From: Camelus ferus
Lineage: Eukaryota
DNA length: 64,000 nt
Direction of reading: 5' to 3'
NCBI RefSeq assembly: GCF_009834535.1
Contig: NC_045697.1
Span: 7,194,001-7,258,000, forward strand
The position numbers and the translations under genes were made by a program. Below, piece by piece: positions 11,720 to 24,074 of the stretch (its first letter is position 1; the number at the start of each line of letters is the position of its first letter). Under the pieces are notes generated by a model. It had not been told where the DNA came from. It was given only the letters and a program-made list of their open reading frames with translations, and did no database searches.

Positions 11720-12740
11720 AGGTAGAGAAGATTAATAAGAAATTAGTCTAGAGAGATGGGTGGGTCTTGGCTCATGGAGGGTCCTGCGTCTCAGACTAGA
11801 CAGATGTGTATTGTGATCAGGCACCTTTGGGAGGTTTAAGCAGAGGAGTAACCTGGATTTGTGTTGGTTAAACATTCTTGTAGCAGTATTGATAGAATGG
11901 GTGTCTGATTTCAAGCACAAAGAATGGAGAGGAAAAAAGTGAATCAAAAGATACATGGAGTCAACAGAGTTGGGTTTGAGATGTGAAGTCAAATTTGAAC
12001 TCTGATAATTTTATAGATTTATATTTTAGATTTATAGTGGGCTCCTGTGATACATTGTATTGTGTTTGAGCAATTGGGTGTATGTTGGTGCCATCGACTA
12101 AGCTAAGGAATAGAGCTGGAGTAGATTTAAAGGTAAAAATAATTTCTGAACATTGTTTTTGAGGTTGGTAAAGCCAGATGTAAGTGGTTATAAGTAGAAA
12201 ACATAGACATGGAACAAAGGAGGCAGGACCACACTAAAGATAGACATTTAAGTCACTGGCAGAACATGACACTTGCTAAAGCCAAGAGGGTTAATTTTCC
12301 ATATAGAACTCACTGAATAACAAAAGAAAGTGACCAAGATAGATCCATGGTTCAAAAGCAAGAGGAGAGTGAAGAATTCTGAAGGAGTCTGAGGTATAGG
12401 AAGAGACAGAAAGGCAGGTGGTGTCTCAGAAATCAAAAGGAAGGAATTAAGAAAGAGTGGATGGTCCAGAACTTCAAATGCTGGGCACTGGAGATACTGA
12501 TGGCAAGCAAAACTTAGACATCTCCATTGCCCCGATGGAGTTTTACAGCTGAATGGAGAGATGGACACGAATCAAACAGTCACACACACACATAGGTAAT
12601 ATTACTGCCAGTGGTAAATGCTGTGAAAACAGGGTGTAGGATGCTATAATAGACTGCTTTGGGGAAGTCCAACTTCATTTGACATATCAATAAAGACTTC
12701 TCCAAAGAAGTGAAATTTGAATTGAAATCTGAAGGATGGG
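11720..12740 (-). mobile_element. L2 fragments
   Basis: gggaggtttaagcagaggagtaacctg, gagcaattgggtgtatgttggtgccat, tcaaatgctg; purine-rich antisense L2. Confidence 0.7.
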
Positions 12741-12743
12741 TAG

Positions 12744-13135
12744 TCTTATGGGCTGAATGTATCCCCCAGGACTCACAGGTTGAAATCCTAACCCCCAGTA
12801 CCTCAGAATGTGACTGTATTTGGAGACAGTGCTGATAAAGAGGCAGTTGACTTAAAATAAGGTCATTGGAGTGAGTCCTAATCCAATACCACTGGTATCA
12901 TTTTAAGAAGAAGAGATTAGGACAGAGACACATGCGGAGGGAAGGCCGTGGGAAGACACAGGGAGAAGACGGTCATCCATCTACAAGCCAAGGAGAGAGG
13001 CTGCAGAAGAAATCAAGCCTGCAAACATCTTGATCTCAGACTTCTAGCCTCCAAAATTGTGAGAAAAGGAATTTCTGTTTTTTAAGCCCCACAGTTTCTG
13101 GTACTTGGTTATGGCAGCCCTCGCAGACTGATGCA
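12744..13135 (+). mobile_element. MLT1B solo LTR, full length
   Basis: ttatgggctgaatgt...cccagtacctcagaatgtgactgtatttggaga...ttatggcagccctcgcagactgatgca; 5-bp TSD ggtag/ggcag. Confidence 0.9.
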
Positions 13136-13199
13136 GGCAGGAATTCACCCACCAGAGTGGAATGACGAAGATGCGGAGATATGGAGGAAGTCAGTGGAT

Positions 13200-13620
13200 G
13201 TTGGATGGGTACCATAAATAGGACCCGATGGGGATGAATTGGATGCTGGGAAGCAATTGTTGTGTATGGGAATATGGGTCATGGAAATGTTTACAGTGAG
13301 TGGTGGGCTGAATCCAGAATGCAAGGAGTTGGGAAGTTGAAGAGTGGATGAGAGAAGTGGAGGCTCTGATGAAGAGCATGGTGCACACCTTCAGGTGCTC
13401 AGTGGCAGGTGTTCAGCACCTACTAGCTGGCAGGCACGGGGCTGCACTATCCTTGTAAAATGGACAGAGCTGCCCTCATGGAGCCTAGAGATAGTTCATG
13501 AAGTCAGATGTTGTACATGCAACTACGCTAGTAATTATTTACTGCTATTTTAAGTCTTTTGTGGGAGAACTGTGTTATGATAACATATAATCAGACAAGG
13601 AGTAGAATGGGCTAGACTTG
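13200..13620 (-). mobile_element. L2 fragments
   Basis: cagtgagtggtgggctgaatccagaatgcaaggagttgggaag; cagcacctactagctggcaggcac...ctgccctcatggagcct. Confidence 0.55.
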
Positions 13621-14039
13621 GGTGGTCATTACTAAGGGAGGGAATTTATTATGGGGACACATTTGATGATTAAGATAAAGGAAAGGAGGGTGGAGATGGG
13701 AGGAGGCATTTGTAACCATGAATCTACCATGATCAATGTCCCTGTGGGAAGGAAGGTCATTGGAGCAGGAAGCAAGAGCCCTGACATTAGTCACCATGGA
13801 GCCCAGCAGAAACAGCCAGCTTTGCCTCTCTGAGCGGCGTGCATAGCTCCTTTCCACACAGCTTGCCTGGGGACACCCACTGGTCCTGCTGGGCTGCTCC
13901 CGTCAAGGGCTGGCTCCCGGAGGACCTTCCATGATGGGAGAGGCAGTGAGATGCTCAGGCAGTTGGGAAGTAGCAGCTCTCACAGTTGGAGGGGCCACCT
14001 GCCAATGCTTTGGGATCAGAGCAGGAAAGTCTTAAAGTG

Positions 14040-14960
14040 ACAGTGTTCATTCACTCAAAACATTTAAAGAAAGCCTGTTAGGGGAAAAGCACTAAGCTGG
14101 GCTCAGGGACTTGGGTGGTCCCCAAAAGAGAGAAGGCGTTTGCTCTCTGTAGTAAGTTGTCCTATGCTTCTCCTTCCAAAGAGGGTGTCCATGTCCTAAT
14201 CCCTGGTACTGTGAAGATGAAGTTATTCATAAATATTATCTTTGCTGATGTAATTTACTTAAAACTCTCGGAAAGAGATCCTGGATCTAGGGTGGACACT
14301 AAACCTAATGGTAAGAGAAAGGAGGGAGGATTTGAGACACCGAGACACAGACACAGAGCAGAAGGCCACGTGAGATGCACATTGGAGTTCACCTAGCCAA
14401 GGATAGGGGCAGCCATCAGACACCAGAGAGAGGCCAGGAACAGAGTATCCCTCAGCCTCTAGAGGAAACCAGCACTGCTGACACTTTGATCTCGGACTCC
14501 AGCCACCAGAACTGGGAGTCAATACATTTCTGTTGTTTGAAGCCACCCAGTGTGCGGTACTTTGTTACAGCGGCCCTAGGAACGTAACACGCCCTCTAAG
14601 CTCACATTACAGGAGGAAACAGGTGAACAAACAAATAAATGTCAACATACGCACTGATCCTTGATACCTGGCATTTAAGAGCTAACCCTAGAATATGATA
14701 GAGACTGAAGGGAGGGGCAGGCACTGCTTGGAAGGAGATCCTCCAAGAAGTATCAGCCTCTAAGGAAGTGACATCTGGGCAGACACCTGCAGGGTGAAAG
14801 TAAGCAGTTCTGGGGAAGACATTCTAGGAGGCAATGATAGCACAGAGAGACGTCCTGAGTGTGGGAAGGTGAGATGTGTTCAAGGAACGGAAAGAAGAGT
14901 GGGGTCAGAGCCTGTGAGGAGCCTGGAGACAGCTACCAGGCACTTGGAGGCCACGGTACA
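14040..14960 (-). mobile_element. L2 3' region interrupted by MLT1C
   Basis: gttcattcactcaaaacattt start; resumes after 14591 with aagctcacatt...aggaagtgacatctgggcagacacctg. Confidence 0.65.
14148..14591 (+). mobile_element. MLT1C solo LTR
   Basis: tgtccatgtcctaatccctgg...cagaactgggagtcaatacatttctgttgtttgaagccacccagtgtgcggtactttgttacagcggccctagga; TSD ctctc/ccctc. Confidence 0.85.
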
Positions 14961-14971
14961 GAGTCTGAATT

Positions 14972-15375
14972 TTGGAGATTGTCATACTAAGTGAAGAGAG
15001 CCAGAAAGAGAGAAAAAATACCATAGGATATCATTTATATGTGGAATCTAAAAAAAAAATGAGACAAATGAACTTATTTACAAAAAAGAAACAGACTCAC
15101 AAACATAGAAAACAAACTTGTGGTTACCAAGGGGAAACGGGGAGCATGGAAGGACAAATTGGAAGTTCGGGACTTGCAGATACTAACCACTATATATAAA
15201 AGAGATAACACAGTCCTACTGTAGAGCACAGAGAACTATATTCAATACCTTGTAACAGTTTATAATGAAAAAGAATCTGAAAAGGAATACATACATGGAT
15301 AACTGAATCACTGTGCTGTACACCAGAAACTAACACATCATAAACCGACTATACTTCAACTTAAAAAATTTAAAA
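14972..15375 (+). mobile_element. Lineage-specific L1 3' end (ORF2 end plus 3'UTR)
   Basis: gagattgtcatactaagtgaag...atatgtggaatctaaaaaa...gctgtacaccagaaactaacac...actatacttcaa. Confidence 0.9.
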
Positions 15376-15924
15376 TGAATGATGCCATTAAAAAAATAAA
15401 GAACAAAGGGAGTCCTTTCAAAAGGGAAAGGGGAAGAGAGTCTAAGTTGGGGAAAAGTCCTGAAAATGCAGAATCAGCATTGGTAGAGCCAACAGGAATC
15501 ACAGAGAAACAGCAGCTTTATTTCCCCAGATGTGCTCGTGACTGGGGACGATTGCCATCTGCCCAGAGATATGTCACAACCTGGTCTCTCCTGGCCACTC
15601 TTCAAGCCCCCACGTAAGCATGATGCTGTGTCCAAGACACTAACTAAACTGCATTAAGTAAAAGTGGAGACATGCACAGCAACGATGGCCAAACAGTAAT
15701 GGTGAAGATGTGACCGGTTAACACTTCTTTGGAAAATTCAAAATAGAATCCCGGGGCGTGTATATTTACAAACACGGGTAGAGTGATTGTATGGCTTCAT
15801 GCTTATCCTCTGGGGTCAATGTCAATATTACGATTGCCTTTCGTGGGGGACAGAGTTGGAGTGAGAATTAGCAAAGACTTGCCCTGGTTGTCCATGAGGA
15901 TGACAATAACTTGGCAGAGGAAGA

Positions 15925-16145
15925 AAGCAATGAATATTTTTGGTCGACCCTCCTGCATACCAGGCATTATGCTGGATATTTTATAGACAATAAGCCACTT
16001 ACCTTCTATAATCCTAGCAAGTTGGCCTCATTATAGATATTCTGCACCCAAAGAATCTGACTCTCAGGGGTTAGGTGATTTGTCCCAAGTCACCCAGAGC
16101 GGAGCCGGTAAGCCCAGGCTAGCAGGAGCCCAGAACTCTTGTCCT
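15925..16145 (-). mobile_element. MIR SINE
   Basis: taccaggcattatgctgg...caggggttaggtgatttgtcccaagtcacccag. Confidence 0.7.
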
Positions 16146-16904
16146 TCCCTGGAACTAAGCTGTGTTTCCCTTCGGGCCAAGGGGAAGATCGCGACTCATT
16201 GGACCCCAAATCAGTCACCCCCACACAAACGCCACTTTCCTCCCCTGTTAAGTGGAGAGTTTGGACCCGATGGCTGAAGAGAGGCATTGCTCGGGTGCGT
16301 GGACTCCGAGAGCTCTCGTCTGTCCCGCCTGCGCTGATCCACTTCCAGTGTGCTCAGTATGCAAAATGAAGCATGTTCGTTCTGCTCTCTAACTGCTCTC
16401 GGGGTTGTAATTCTTATCTTTATTGCTACGCCTGCAAGGAGGAGTAAATCCTGCTGACGGTATTTTTGTTGGCTTTTTCTCTCCTTCAAAGTTAATCGAG
16501 TTAACTTCCATGCAATTTTTTTTTTTTTTTTTTTTTTACAGAGTAAATTTCCAACTACCTTTAACTACAAATTAGTCATCACATCGGGCTTTTCGGGGTT
16601 ATATTAAGTCATTCGTCATAGATGCTGCTGATAATAGTTAGCTTAGGCTAAATGTTTCCTTGTTCAGGGAATTTATCACATCCTGTGCTTGCCAAGCCTG
16701 CGAAAATAAAAGGCAGCAAGGGTGTGAACCGTTCATAGGAAGCAAAGACAGTAAATGTGAAAGAACTGGAAAACCTGTCACGGCCCCTGCAGTTGGGACA
16801 AGCGGTTACTATTGTCGTTAAATCGCTCTTCGGCAAGTTGTGCCCCTGAATGATGAAAGGGGCAGCTAGGAAGTTCACACAGGTTCATGAGTAAGTGGGG
16901 GCTG

Positions 16905-17075
16905 TGTACAAAGACAGGCTTTCATGTCCGGGAGCCAAGGCTTCCTCTGACCTTGGGCAAGTCGCCTGCCCTCCCCCCACGTCAGGCTCCCTGCTGGCCA
17001 AGTGCAAATTGAAACCTCTACCCCATAGGGCTGTTGTCAGATTTAAATGAAACCATGCTTGTGAAACACGAGCCC
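16905..17075 (+). mobile_element. MIR SINE
   Basis: tgaccttgggcaagtcgc...cctctaccccatagggctgttgtcagatttaaatga. Confidence 0.75.
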
Positions 17076-17374
17076 CCCCCCCCCCATGCCTGGACCATGG
17101 CTTTCTGTAGATTTTGTCTTCCTCTCCCTCAAGGCACGTGTCTAGGAGGAAGCAACAGCTGGATTCACCTGCACTGACCGCGTCACACCTCACATATAGC
17201 GCGTGGGCTACAGACAGTCTGTCGAGTGAGTGTGAGGGTCCCTGTATGTATAATACCCATTGAATAAAATAATGCATACACAAACTGACTTTTATCAGTA
17301 ACTCTGTCCTTGTACTTGGACTCCAGGGGACGGGGCAGACGTTTAGTGGGCTAGAGGCTGGTCCCTTCAATGCA

Positions 17375-17470
17375 TTTTCTCTTTGAATAATAACCTCATC
17401 ACTCTAGCAGGTTGGGGTTGTTAATTCCCATTTTAAAGGTAAGAGAATAAAGGCTCAGAGATTAGGAATT
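17375..17470 (-). mobile_element. MIR fragment
   Basis: attcccattttaaaggtaagagaataaaggctcagaga. Confidence 0.55.
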
Positions 17471-17840
17471 TTAGGTAAAACGAAAGTACATAAATTGCCT
17501 CAGTTTCTCTAAAAGCAAATCCTCAGTAAGGGCTTTTTAATGAATAAACACTTAATTGGTTACGTAGTCTAGGTTAGAAAACTATGTTTAATCTTCTGGT
17601 TGCTGTGTTTACTATCACTGCTACTACTACTGTCATCGTCATTGTCACCAGTCTGGCACCCTCATTCTCCATTAGGCAAAGGAATGTGAATTTGTTCATT
17701 TCAAGGACACCTGACTCTCCACAAGAGTTGGTACCACTCAGATTCCTTTAACCAAAGGCAAGTGATCCTGTCCCGCCTGAGCATCTCCGTGGCCGTCTGG
17801 TCCCTCAGTGTCTAGGCTGCGGCAGAATTCAGAGGAGCAG

Positions 17841-17970
17841 CAGGGCACACATGGCGACTGTCTGTACCAGAGAGGGACTGCCGAGTCCCAGTGTGAAAAG
17901 CCTGCTAGGCACACGGTGACCCCGTGGGGCTGGGACTGTCCCTAGCACACGTGGGACTGTGGTCAGCCGA
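17841..17970 (+). mobile_element. hAT-Blackjack MITE (MER94/MER81-like)
   Basis: Starts cagggc and ends gggactgtccctagcacacgtgggactgtggtcagcc, like the recalled MER94 3' terminus. Confidence 0.4.
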
Positions 17971-17979
17971 GGCAGAGAG

Positions 17980-18215
17980 GTTATGAGGTGCAGAGCCCAA
18001 AGCCTGGGCTTTGTAGTCAGGAATATTTGGGTTCAATCCCAGACTCCTTGAACTTGAGACATGGGCAAATATCATGACGTCTCCAAGGCTGTATCAATAA
18101 TGAGGATACAACATACATTCTGTGTGGCTATGGCGAGGATTAAATTCAAATGCACGTGTGGAGAGCTCGCTGAAGGGTCAGCCTCCCGGCTCGCCCCAGG
18201 TGGGCTGCAGCTGCT
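17980..18215 (+). mobile_element. MIR SINE (3' end GC-shifted)
   Basis: gggctttgtagtcagg...tgggttcaatccc...catgggcaaat...gaggattaaat. Confidence 0.7.
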
Positions 18216-18296
18216 CAAGTTACTCGTCCTCGTTCCTGTGAAGGTGCGGAGGCTCCGAGGGGGCTGGGTGTTGGTCTCAGCCTCCTGACAGCCAGT

Positions 18297-18742
18297 GTTG
18301 TGTTTCTCCTACTAGGACTGCAAGGCACCCTCAGAAATAACAGAAAGCTTTGAAAAAACGAGGTTTACTCCCTGCAGGTCCTGGAAATTCCACGGCACAC
18401 CAGGGGCCACACAGTGAGGCCGCAGGTAGAGAAGGACAGAGCAAGGCCTCGCGTTCTACTTTCATGGGGGGGGTGCTGGGGTTTCCTGGGCTCACTGTTG
18501 ATCGGTGAATTTAAAGCAAAAGGAGAGAAAAACACGGGGCACACAAGGTCAGTTACTTAACTCAACGGAGGTCCTACAACAGGGGAGCCTGGCTGGGGGG
18601 AGGGACGCCCGGCTCTTTATCTAGTCCTGTGTCTGGCCGTGTGTTTTAAGAAAGTCTTCTTTGAAATGGATGCTGAAGTAAATGCCTCGACAGTCAAAGC
18701 TTACACCACAAAGGGCTTTATGGGAGTTGTCCAAAGTTACAC
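18297..18742 (-). mobile_element. ERVL-type solo LTR (MER74/MER54-like)
   Basis: TG...CA ends; gtttactccctgcaggtcctgg...cacggcacaccaggggccacacagtgagg resembles the recalled MER74-group antisense sequence. Confidence 0.5.
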
Positions 18743-18929
18743 AGAGGCAGAACTCGCGCAATGGACAAGGTCTGCGGAGTCCCTCAGGTTCTGTGTCCGT
18801 CTTGAAGTGATGCTCTGTTTTTGCTTTTTTGTTTTTTTTAATCACTAGCCACTAACACAGTGTTTGGAATGTAGCAGGTGCTTGTGAAATGGATGCTTTC
18901 ATGCTAACAGTACCCTTTATCACGCGGTT

Positions 18930-19060
18930 CCACTTCACTTACTCATTCATCAAGGGTTTATTAGACCCTTCCTATTTCCCAGTCCCTGAGCGGTGGCTGG
19001 AGGATACAACGGTGATGAGTAACAGACAGGCATCCTCGCCTTCATGGAGCTGACACTTCA
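18930..19060 (-). mobile_element. L2 3' end
   Basis: ctcattcatcaagggtttatt...ggatacaacggtga...gccttcatggagctgaca. Confidence 0.7.
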
Positions 19061-19539
19061 CGAAGCTCACACTTCCCAGATTAACATGGTATAGATTGTT
19101 TCAGAGGCTGGCTTCTCTAAACCTGCTCTGGGAATAGTAATTTACTATTTTTCCCTTCACCACTTTTACTCCAAGAACAATTATCATTCCCTCCTTTGCC
19201 CTTAGCGGTGTCACTCAGCAGAAATGGTTCTTAAACACCCAACAAGATGAAATACATGGCTTCTCTTCTTTTGATGAATACGTAACAGCACTTTTAAAAT
19301 CCGTTTTTGAACACAACATCTTTTCTTTGTGCAAACAAATTTTGTATATACTGGTTCAAAGCAAAGAACAACTAAAGCATGCAAACAAGAAGCTTTGTCT
19401 TCATATTTCAAATGGTTCATAAAAACCTTAGCTCTGCCTATTTCCCATGAAGTGTTGTTTCTTAAACTAATCACACAAGGCAGCTGCTTTAAGTCATAAA
19501 ACTGCATAGATATTACTGGAGCCTGCACATTTAAAAAGA

Positions 19540-20740
19540 GATCAGTTGGTCAACTGATGTATAGTAAGAGCCTACTATGTGCAAGGCAGTGTTCTCGGTA
19601 CTGGTGCAAACAAGAGAGACATAATCTTCATCCTTCAAGAATTTACATTCTAGAGGAAGAAACAGAAAATAAACATGTAAAGAAAAATGTTATGAGGATT
19701 GTGTTAGGTCATAATACGTGCTATTCAAAAGAGATAATTGATCTGTGTGTTAAAAAGTAACTGAGGGTGTTGCTTTAGCTAGAAGTGGGCTGCTCTGAGA
19801 TGGCATTTGTGTTGAGACAGAATGAGGAGATTAGCATGGGAAGATCTGAGACAGAGGATTCCAAATAGAGGAATAGCAAATACAAAGGTCTGGAAGCGAA
19901 TGCCCTTGATAAGCTGTTCTGAGGACAGTAGGAAGGTCAGTGTGGCTGGAGGCTAGAGATAAGGAAGAATGTGACCAGAGATGAAGATCAGGAGAGGGGC
20001 AGGGGCCACATCAGGAAGGGCCTTGTAGGACATAGTAAAGAACTTGGGGCCATGGCGTTATGCAGGGAAGATTATTATGCTGGCTCTGTCCACAGCTCCC
20101 TCTGGCTCCTGTGTGGAGAGCAGCCTTCAGGCCACATGCGCGGAGGTGAGGCTACCCATGCAGATGATGACTCTGAACCTGGGTGATGGACAATGCTGAC
20201 CTGGATTCAGGATTCAGTGGTAAAGGTGACAAGAAAAACACAGGGTTGGGGAAGCATTTTGGAAGAAAAGCTCATAGAACTTGTTGATGGATCAGACTGA
20301 GGTAGGGGTAAAGGAAGAAAATCAAGAATTGCTCCGAGTTTGGGGCTTTAGTAACTGGATTGATGCTGGTGTCATTTGCTGAGTCATGGAGGCTTAGGGG
20401 AGAGTGGATTTTGGTAGGGGCAGGAGTGATGTGGGGAAACAAGGGTTCTGTTCTGGGCCAAGTTTTAGACCCTACTGGGTTGTTAAGTGCACATACCAAG
20501 TAGGAAGTTATACACATGAGCCTGGAACTAGAGAAGTTATCAGGGCTAGAATTGTAAATTTGCAAACCTTCTTGAATCTATGTATTTAAAGACAGGAAAT
20601 TGCATGCCATCACCTGAGAAAGAGTGCAGCTAGGGAAGAAAAGACATTTGCAGACAGAATTCTAGATGCTCCAAAATTTAAGGATCTGGCGGAGGGGTAA
20701 GAGACAGCATGAAAAGCTAAAAAGAACAGAGGAAAAAAAT
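19540..20740 (-). mobile_element. L2 (L2a-like), about 1.2 kb
   Basis: gagcctactatgtgcaaggcagtgttct...gaaggtcagtgtggctggag...gggccttgtaggacatagtaaagaactt...atgctggtgtcatttgctgag. Confidence 0.85.
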
Positions 20741-21324
20741 GTAGAGGACGCATTCTTCTTGTCCCTGCTCCAATCTCAGCTACTCAGTTCAGCATGCCCA
20801 GATCTCCTAGTTCTGGTGGGTTTCCATCTTGGTTGATAGTCCTGTAAACTTCTAGGTCCACTTCTGATTTGGGCTCTTCATGCTGAATCACCTACGTTGA
20901 AGATTCAGGGCCTTAAGATACTTGAAGATGCATCGCCAGGGTCAGAATCACAGGCTTCCACATACCGGACAGGAGACAAAACAAAGCAAAAGACTGTCTG
21001 TGAAAACTGGAAATTCTCCTTTTAGATTCATCCATTTTTTTCATCCAACAGATGGCTTCTGTGTATACTTTGGGGCAAGCGGGGACTTCGGTTTTAATCT
21101 TAGGGTCTGTTCTGATTCTGGTGCCCAGATGGGAGAGGTGATGTCTCATAGGCGAAAGGCCATGGATCTCCTGAAGAAGTATCTGGAACAAAGTGTCTTA
21201 CGGTGCCTGTCACAGACTGGTATACTAATTTGACCACATGCGTCTCCCTCTTCCAGGCTGCTAGGTTCTCACAGAATAGAAGCCGTATGTCAATAATAAG
21301 AATAACAAAAACGATGAAACAACC

Positions 21325-21535
21325 AACACTAGTTGAGGGTTACCTCTATGCCGGGCACCGTGCGATGCGGAGCTCTACTAATCCTCAGAACAAACTGCAG
21401 AGGCAGGTGTTGTTGTCTCCCCTTTTCAGATGATTAAACTTAGGCTTATAAGGTTGATTACCTCCTCAAGATCATATGGCAAGAAAACGGCCAAATTATA
21501 AATTGAATTTAAATTTGTTGACTCCAAGCCTCCAA
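21325..21535 (-). mobile_element. MIR SINE
   Basis: taatcctcagaacaaactgcagaggcagg...ccttttcagatgattaaacttagg...tgactccaagcc. Confidence 0.75.
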
Positions 21536-21559
21536 GTGATTTAAGCATTGGCTTGAATA

Positions 21560-21705
21560 TAGGCTGAGAGTCAACAAACCTTGGAATCTTGTTAAAAATG
21601 CACATTCTGACTCAGCAGGTCTGAGTTGGGGCCTGAGAGTCTGCCTTTTTACCTGACTCCCAGGTGAGGCTGGTGCTGCCCATCCTTGGACCACTCCTTG
21701 AGGAC
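21560..21705 (+). mobile_element. MER5A (hAT-Charlie)
   Basis: cttgttaaaaatgcacattct...caggtctgagttggggcctgagagtctgc...tcccaggtgaggctggtgctgc...ggaccactccttgag. Confidence 0.85.
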
Positions 21706-22209
21706 TTTAAGAGTCTATGCTGTACTGCCCCTTGTGCCCTGTTTGTCCTATCACGGGTGTGCGGCAAATGCACACTGAGAGAATGAACATGGCAAGACGG
21801 AACAGTGAATAAATCTTCCATTCTGCTTAGGGAAACTCAGATCTAAAGCTTCGATCTGACCTCTACATTTCTTACCTCCCAAGTAAGGAAGGAGCAATTT
21901 CAGTTCTCCTGTCTTTGTAACTGGGTTATTAAATAAGGCTGAGCAAAACTACAATTCAGTCACATTTTGGCTAATACTTAAATATAGAAATGAAAGAAAT
22001 CTTGAATTGGGTCAAGCATCTTCCAGTCTGTACCTTTGTGTATAAGATGAAGGGGAACTTCACCCAGCTTTCTCAGGCTTAACCATAAATTACATTTTGT
22101 GTGTCTGCATGGCATTTTTTTTCCTGCAGTATTTTTCTCCTTGCTAATCCTGAAGTCCTTACGGCCTTATCTCCCTTTTTCTCACACAGCTCATAACATA
22201 GGCTACGTT

Positions 22210-22355
22210 TCCTCTGCTTTATAAAGGAAGGTATAGGAAGCACAGATAACTTAAGGGATTTGTCTAAGGTCACACTGGGAACCTGAGGTGAAAGAAGAAA
22301 GTAGACTCCATGCTCCTGATTCTCAGCCCAGGACATTATCTCCTTGACCACGCTG
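22210..22355 (-). mobile_element. MIR/MIR3 fragment
   Basis: ttaagggatttgtctaaggtcacac...ctcctgattctcagccc. Confidence 0.6.
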
Positions 22356-22848
22356 TTCTGTGCGACATGCATTCTTGCCCAAGGAAACAGAATGCTGATC
22401 AAAGAGATGGAATTAACAACCTTAAAAACTTATTAAAAAAGGTTTCTGAGAAATAGTTACTGGCAAAACTACTATACCATTCCCCTGAATTCACATGGGG
22501 CACTCAATTCTCTACCATGTCATTGTGGGTGGACTTCAAAGTGACCCTTCAGCTTTCACCTGCCCATTGACCTGTGGGTAAGAGTGATTCTCCATCCTTC
22601 TAACCACTGCCATGGAGTTTAAAAAAAGGCTGTAATAACAGAATGGTGGATGCATGATGGGCTGTTTAAGAAGACACTGCCTCCAAGTTGGAGGTGTGCA
22701 TTTGACCCTTTAAAGGTGGTCCAGAGGTACCAAGACAGTCTGTCCGAGAAGTTGGACTCTGCCACGCTCTGTGCTGAGTCCTTCTCTCTTAGTTTCTCTT
22801 CTGCCTTTGCTTTTTGTTGGGGGGTTTAATTTGTTGTTTTTATCACGT

Positions 22849-22930
22849 TACACACACACATATATATATGTATATGTACTCATATGTACACACACATCAT
22901 AAGCCACGCATGTGTATATGGTGTGTACAC
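22849..22930. repeat. (CA)/(TA) compound microsatellite
   Basis: tacacacacacacatatatatatgtatatg...tacacacacat. Confidence 0.8.
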
Positions 22931-23854
22931 TAGATACCGTACCTGTGAACCCGGTATGCCAATTTACTTACCTCTTCTTTTTCTAGTCCCTTAGATTTTA
23001 TTTGATTTTTACCCACCATTTCCCCTTGTAGAAGCTTCTTCTCATGGTTTTGTTCTTGGCCCACAATCTCACTTCATAACTGGCTGGAGAACACATACTC
23101 ACATACGGAGCCTTGAGGTCGGCTCACTGGCGTCAGTGTGAGCGCAGAGCTCTGTGGTCCTGCCCACCTCCTGCCTGCCTCGCTCCCCGGGGCTGCTCGT
23201 GAGTGGACGGGTTTGAAGCTCTCTGGTCGGGTAGAGCTGGAGGGGCAGCTCTCCCTCGCCAGGTGATAAGCATCAAAAGATTAAACACACTAACTGGTTA
23301 CACAGGCCAACCAGGGGCAGGTGGATCTGGAGACCGAGAGCAAAACCAGGCCCAAGGGAGACTGTCAAGGGTCATAGCAGGCTTGCCAAACCCACTGGCA
23401 GAATCGTGGGACCAGAAATGAAGATTGAAGCAAAATATCAGAAGCCGGGTTAACACAGAACAAAGCAGGAGACGTGAGTGAGAGCGGGTTCAAGGCCAGG
23501 GCGTTTGGGACCAGGGCCGGAACTCCACTGCACGGGGGCCGGCCAGGTGCGGGGGCTGGGCTAGCCTGGGGTGGAAGCATGGCACCTCAGCAGGGCTGTG
23601 AACTCCTGAGAAAGGGGGATATGTTCACTATCTTATACCCGCCACATCAGTTAGCAAAGTTCTTAGCATCCGGAGAGAGCCCCATGCCTTTTGCCATCTG
23701 TCTCATACAGATTCCGCTTCAGGTATAAAGCCTACTTTTGTTCTGAGAAAATGTTGCAAGACCTGGTCTCAGTGGGAAGATGGTTCTGTTAGCTGACGTG
23801 ACACGAGATGATTTCGGGAAGCAGTCACCACGTGGTCTCGAGTTCATCTTCCCA

Positions 23855-24070
23855 GGTGTGACTCTAGCCCCACCACTTGCAAGCTGTGTGACTTGAGAAG
23901 GTTACTTAACCTCCCTGTGCTTCCATTTCCTTCAGGTGCAAAGGGGAACACGTTAGTCCCTGCCTCTCGGGCTACCAGGAGCTGTAAACGGGTACAAAGC
24001 TCTCCGAGCAGCGCCCGGTGCTTAGAAGGAGCTACGGTTACTCACTACAGCTCAGTAGCGGCCGTGTCGG
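23855..24070 (+). mobile_element. MIR SINE (3' half GC-shifted)
   Basis: caccacttgcaagctgtgtgacttgagaaggttacttaacctccctgtgcttccatttcc. Confidence 0.8.
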
Positions 24071-24074
24071 TCTG

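Noticed and set aside
16885..17370. 161-aa minus-strand ORF
   Set aside because: Runs through a MIR (HLNLTTALWG is a typical MIR translation); chance ORF.
21052..21137. Possible exon after tttttttcatccaacag
   Set aside because: Good acceptor but weak donor (GAG|gtgatg) and unrecognised peptide.
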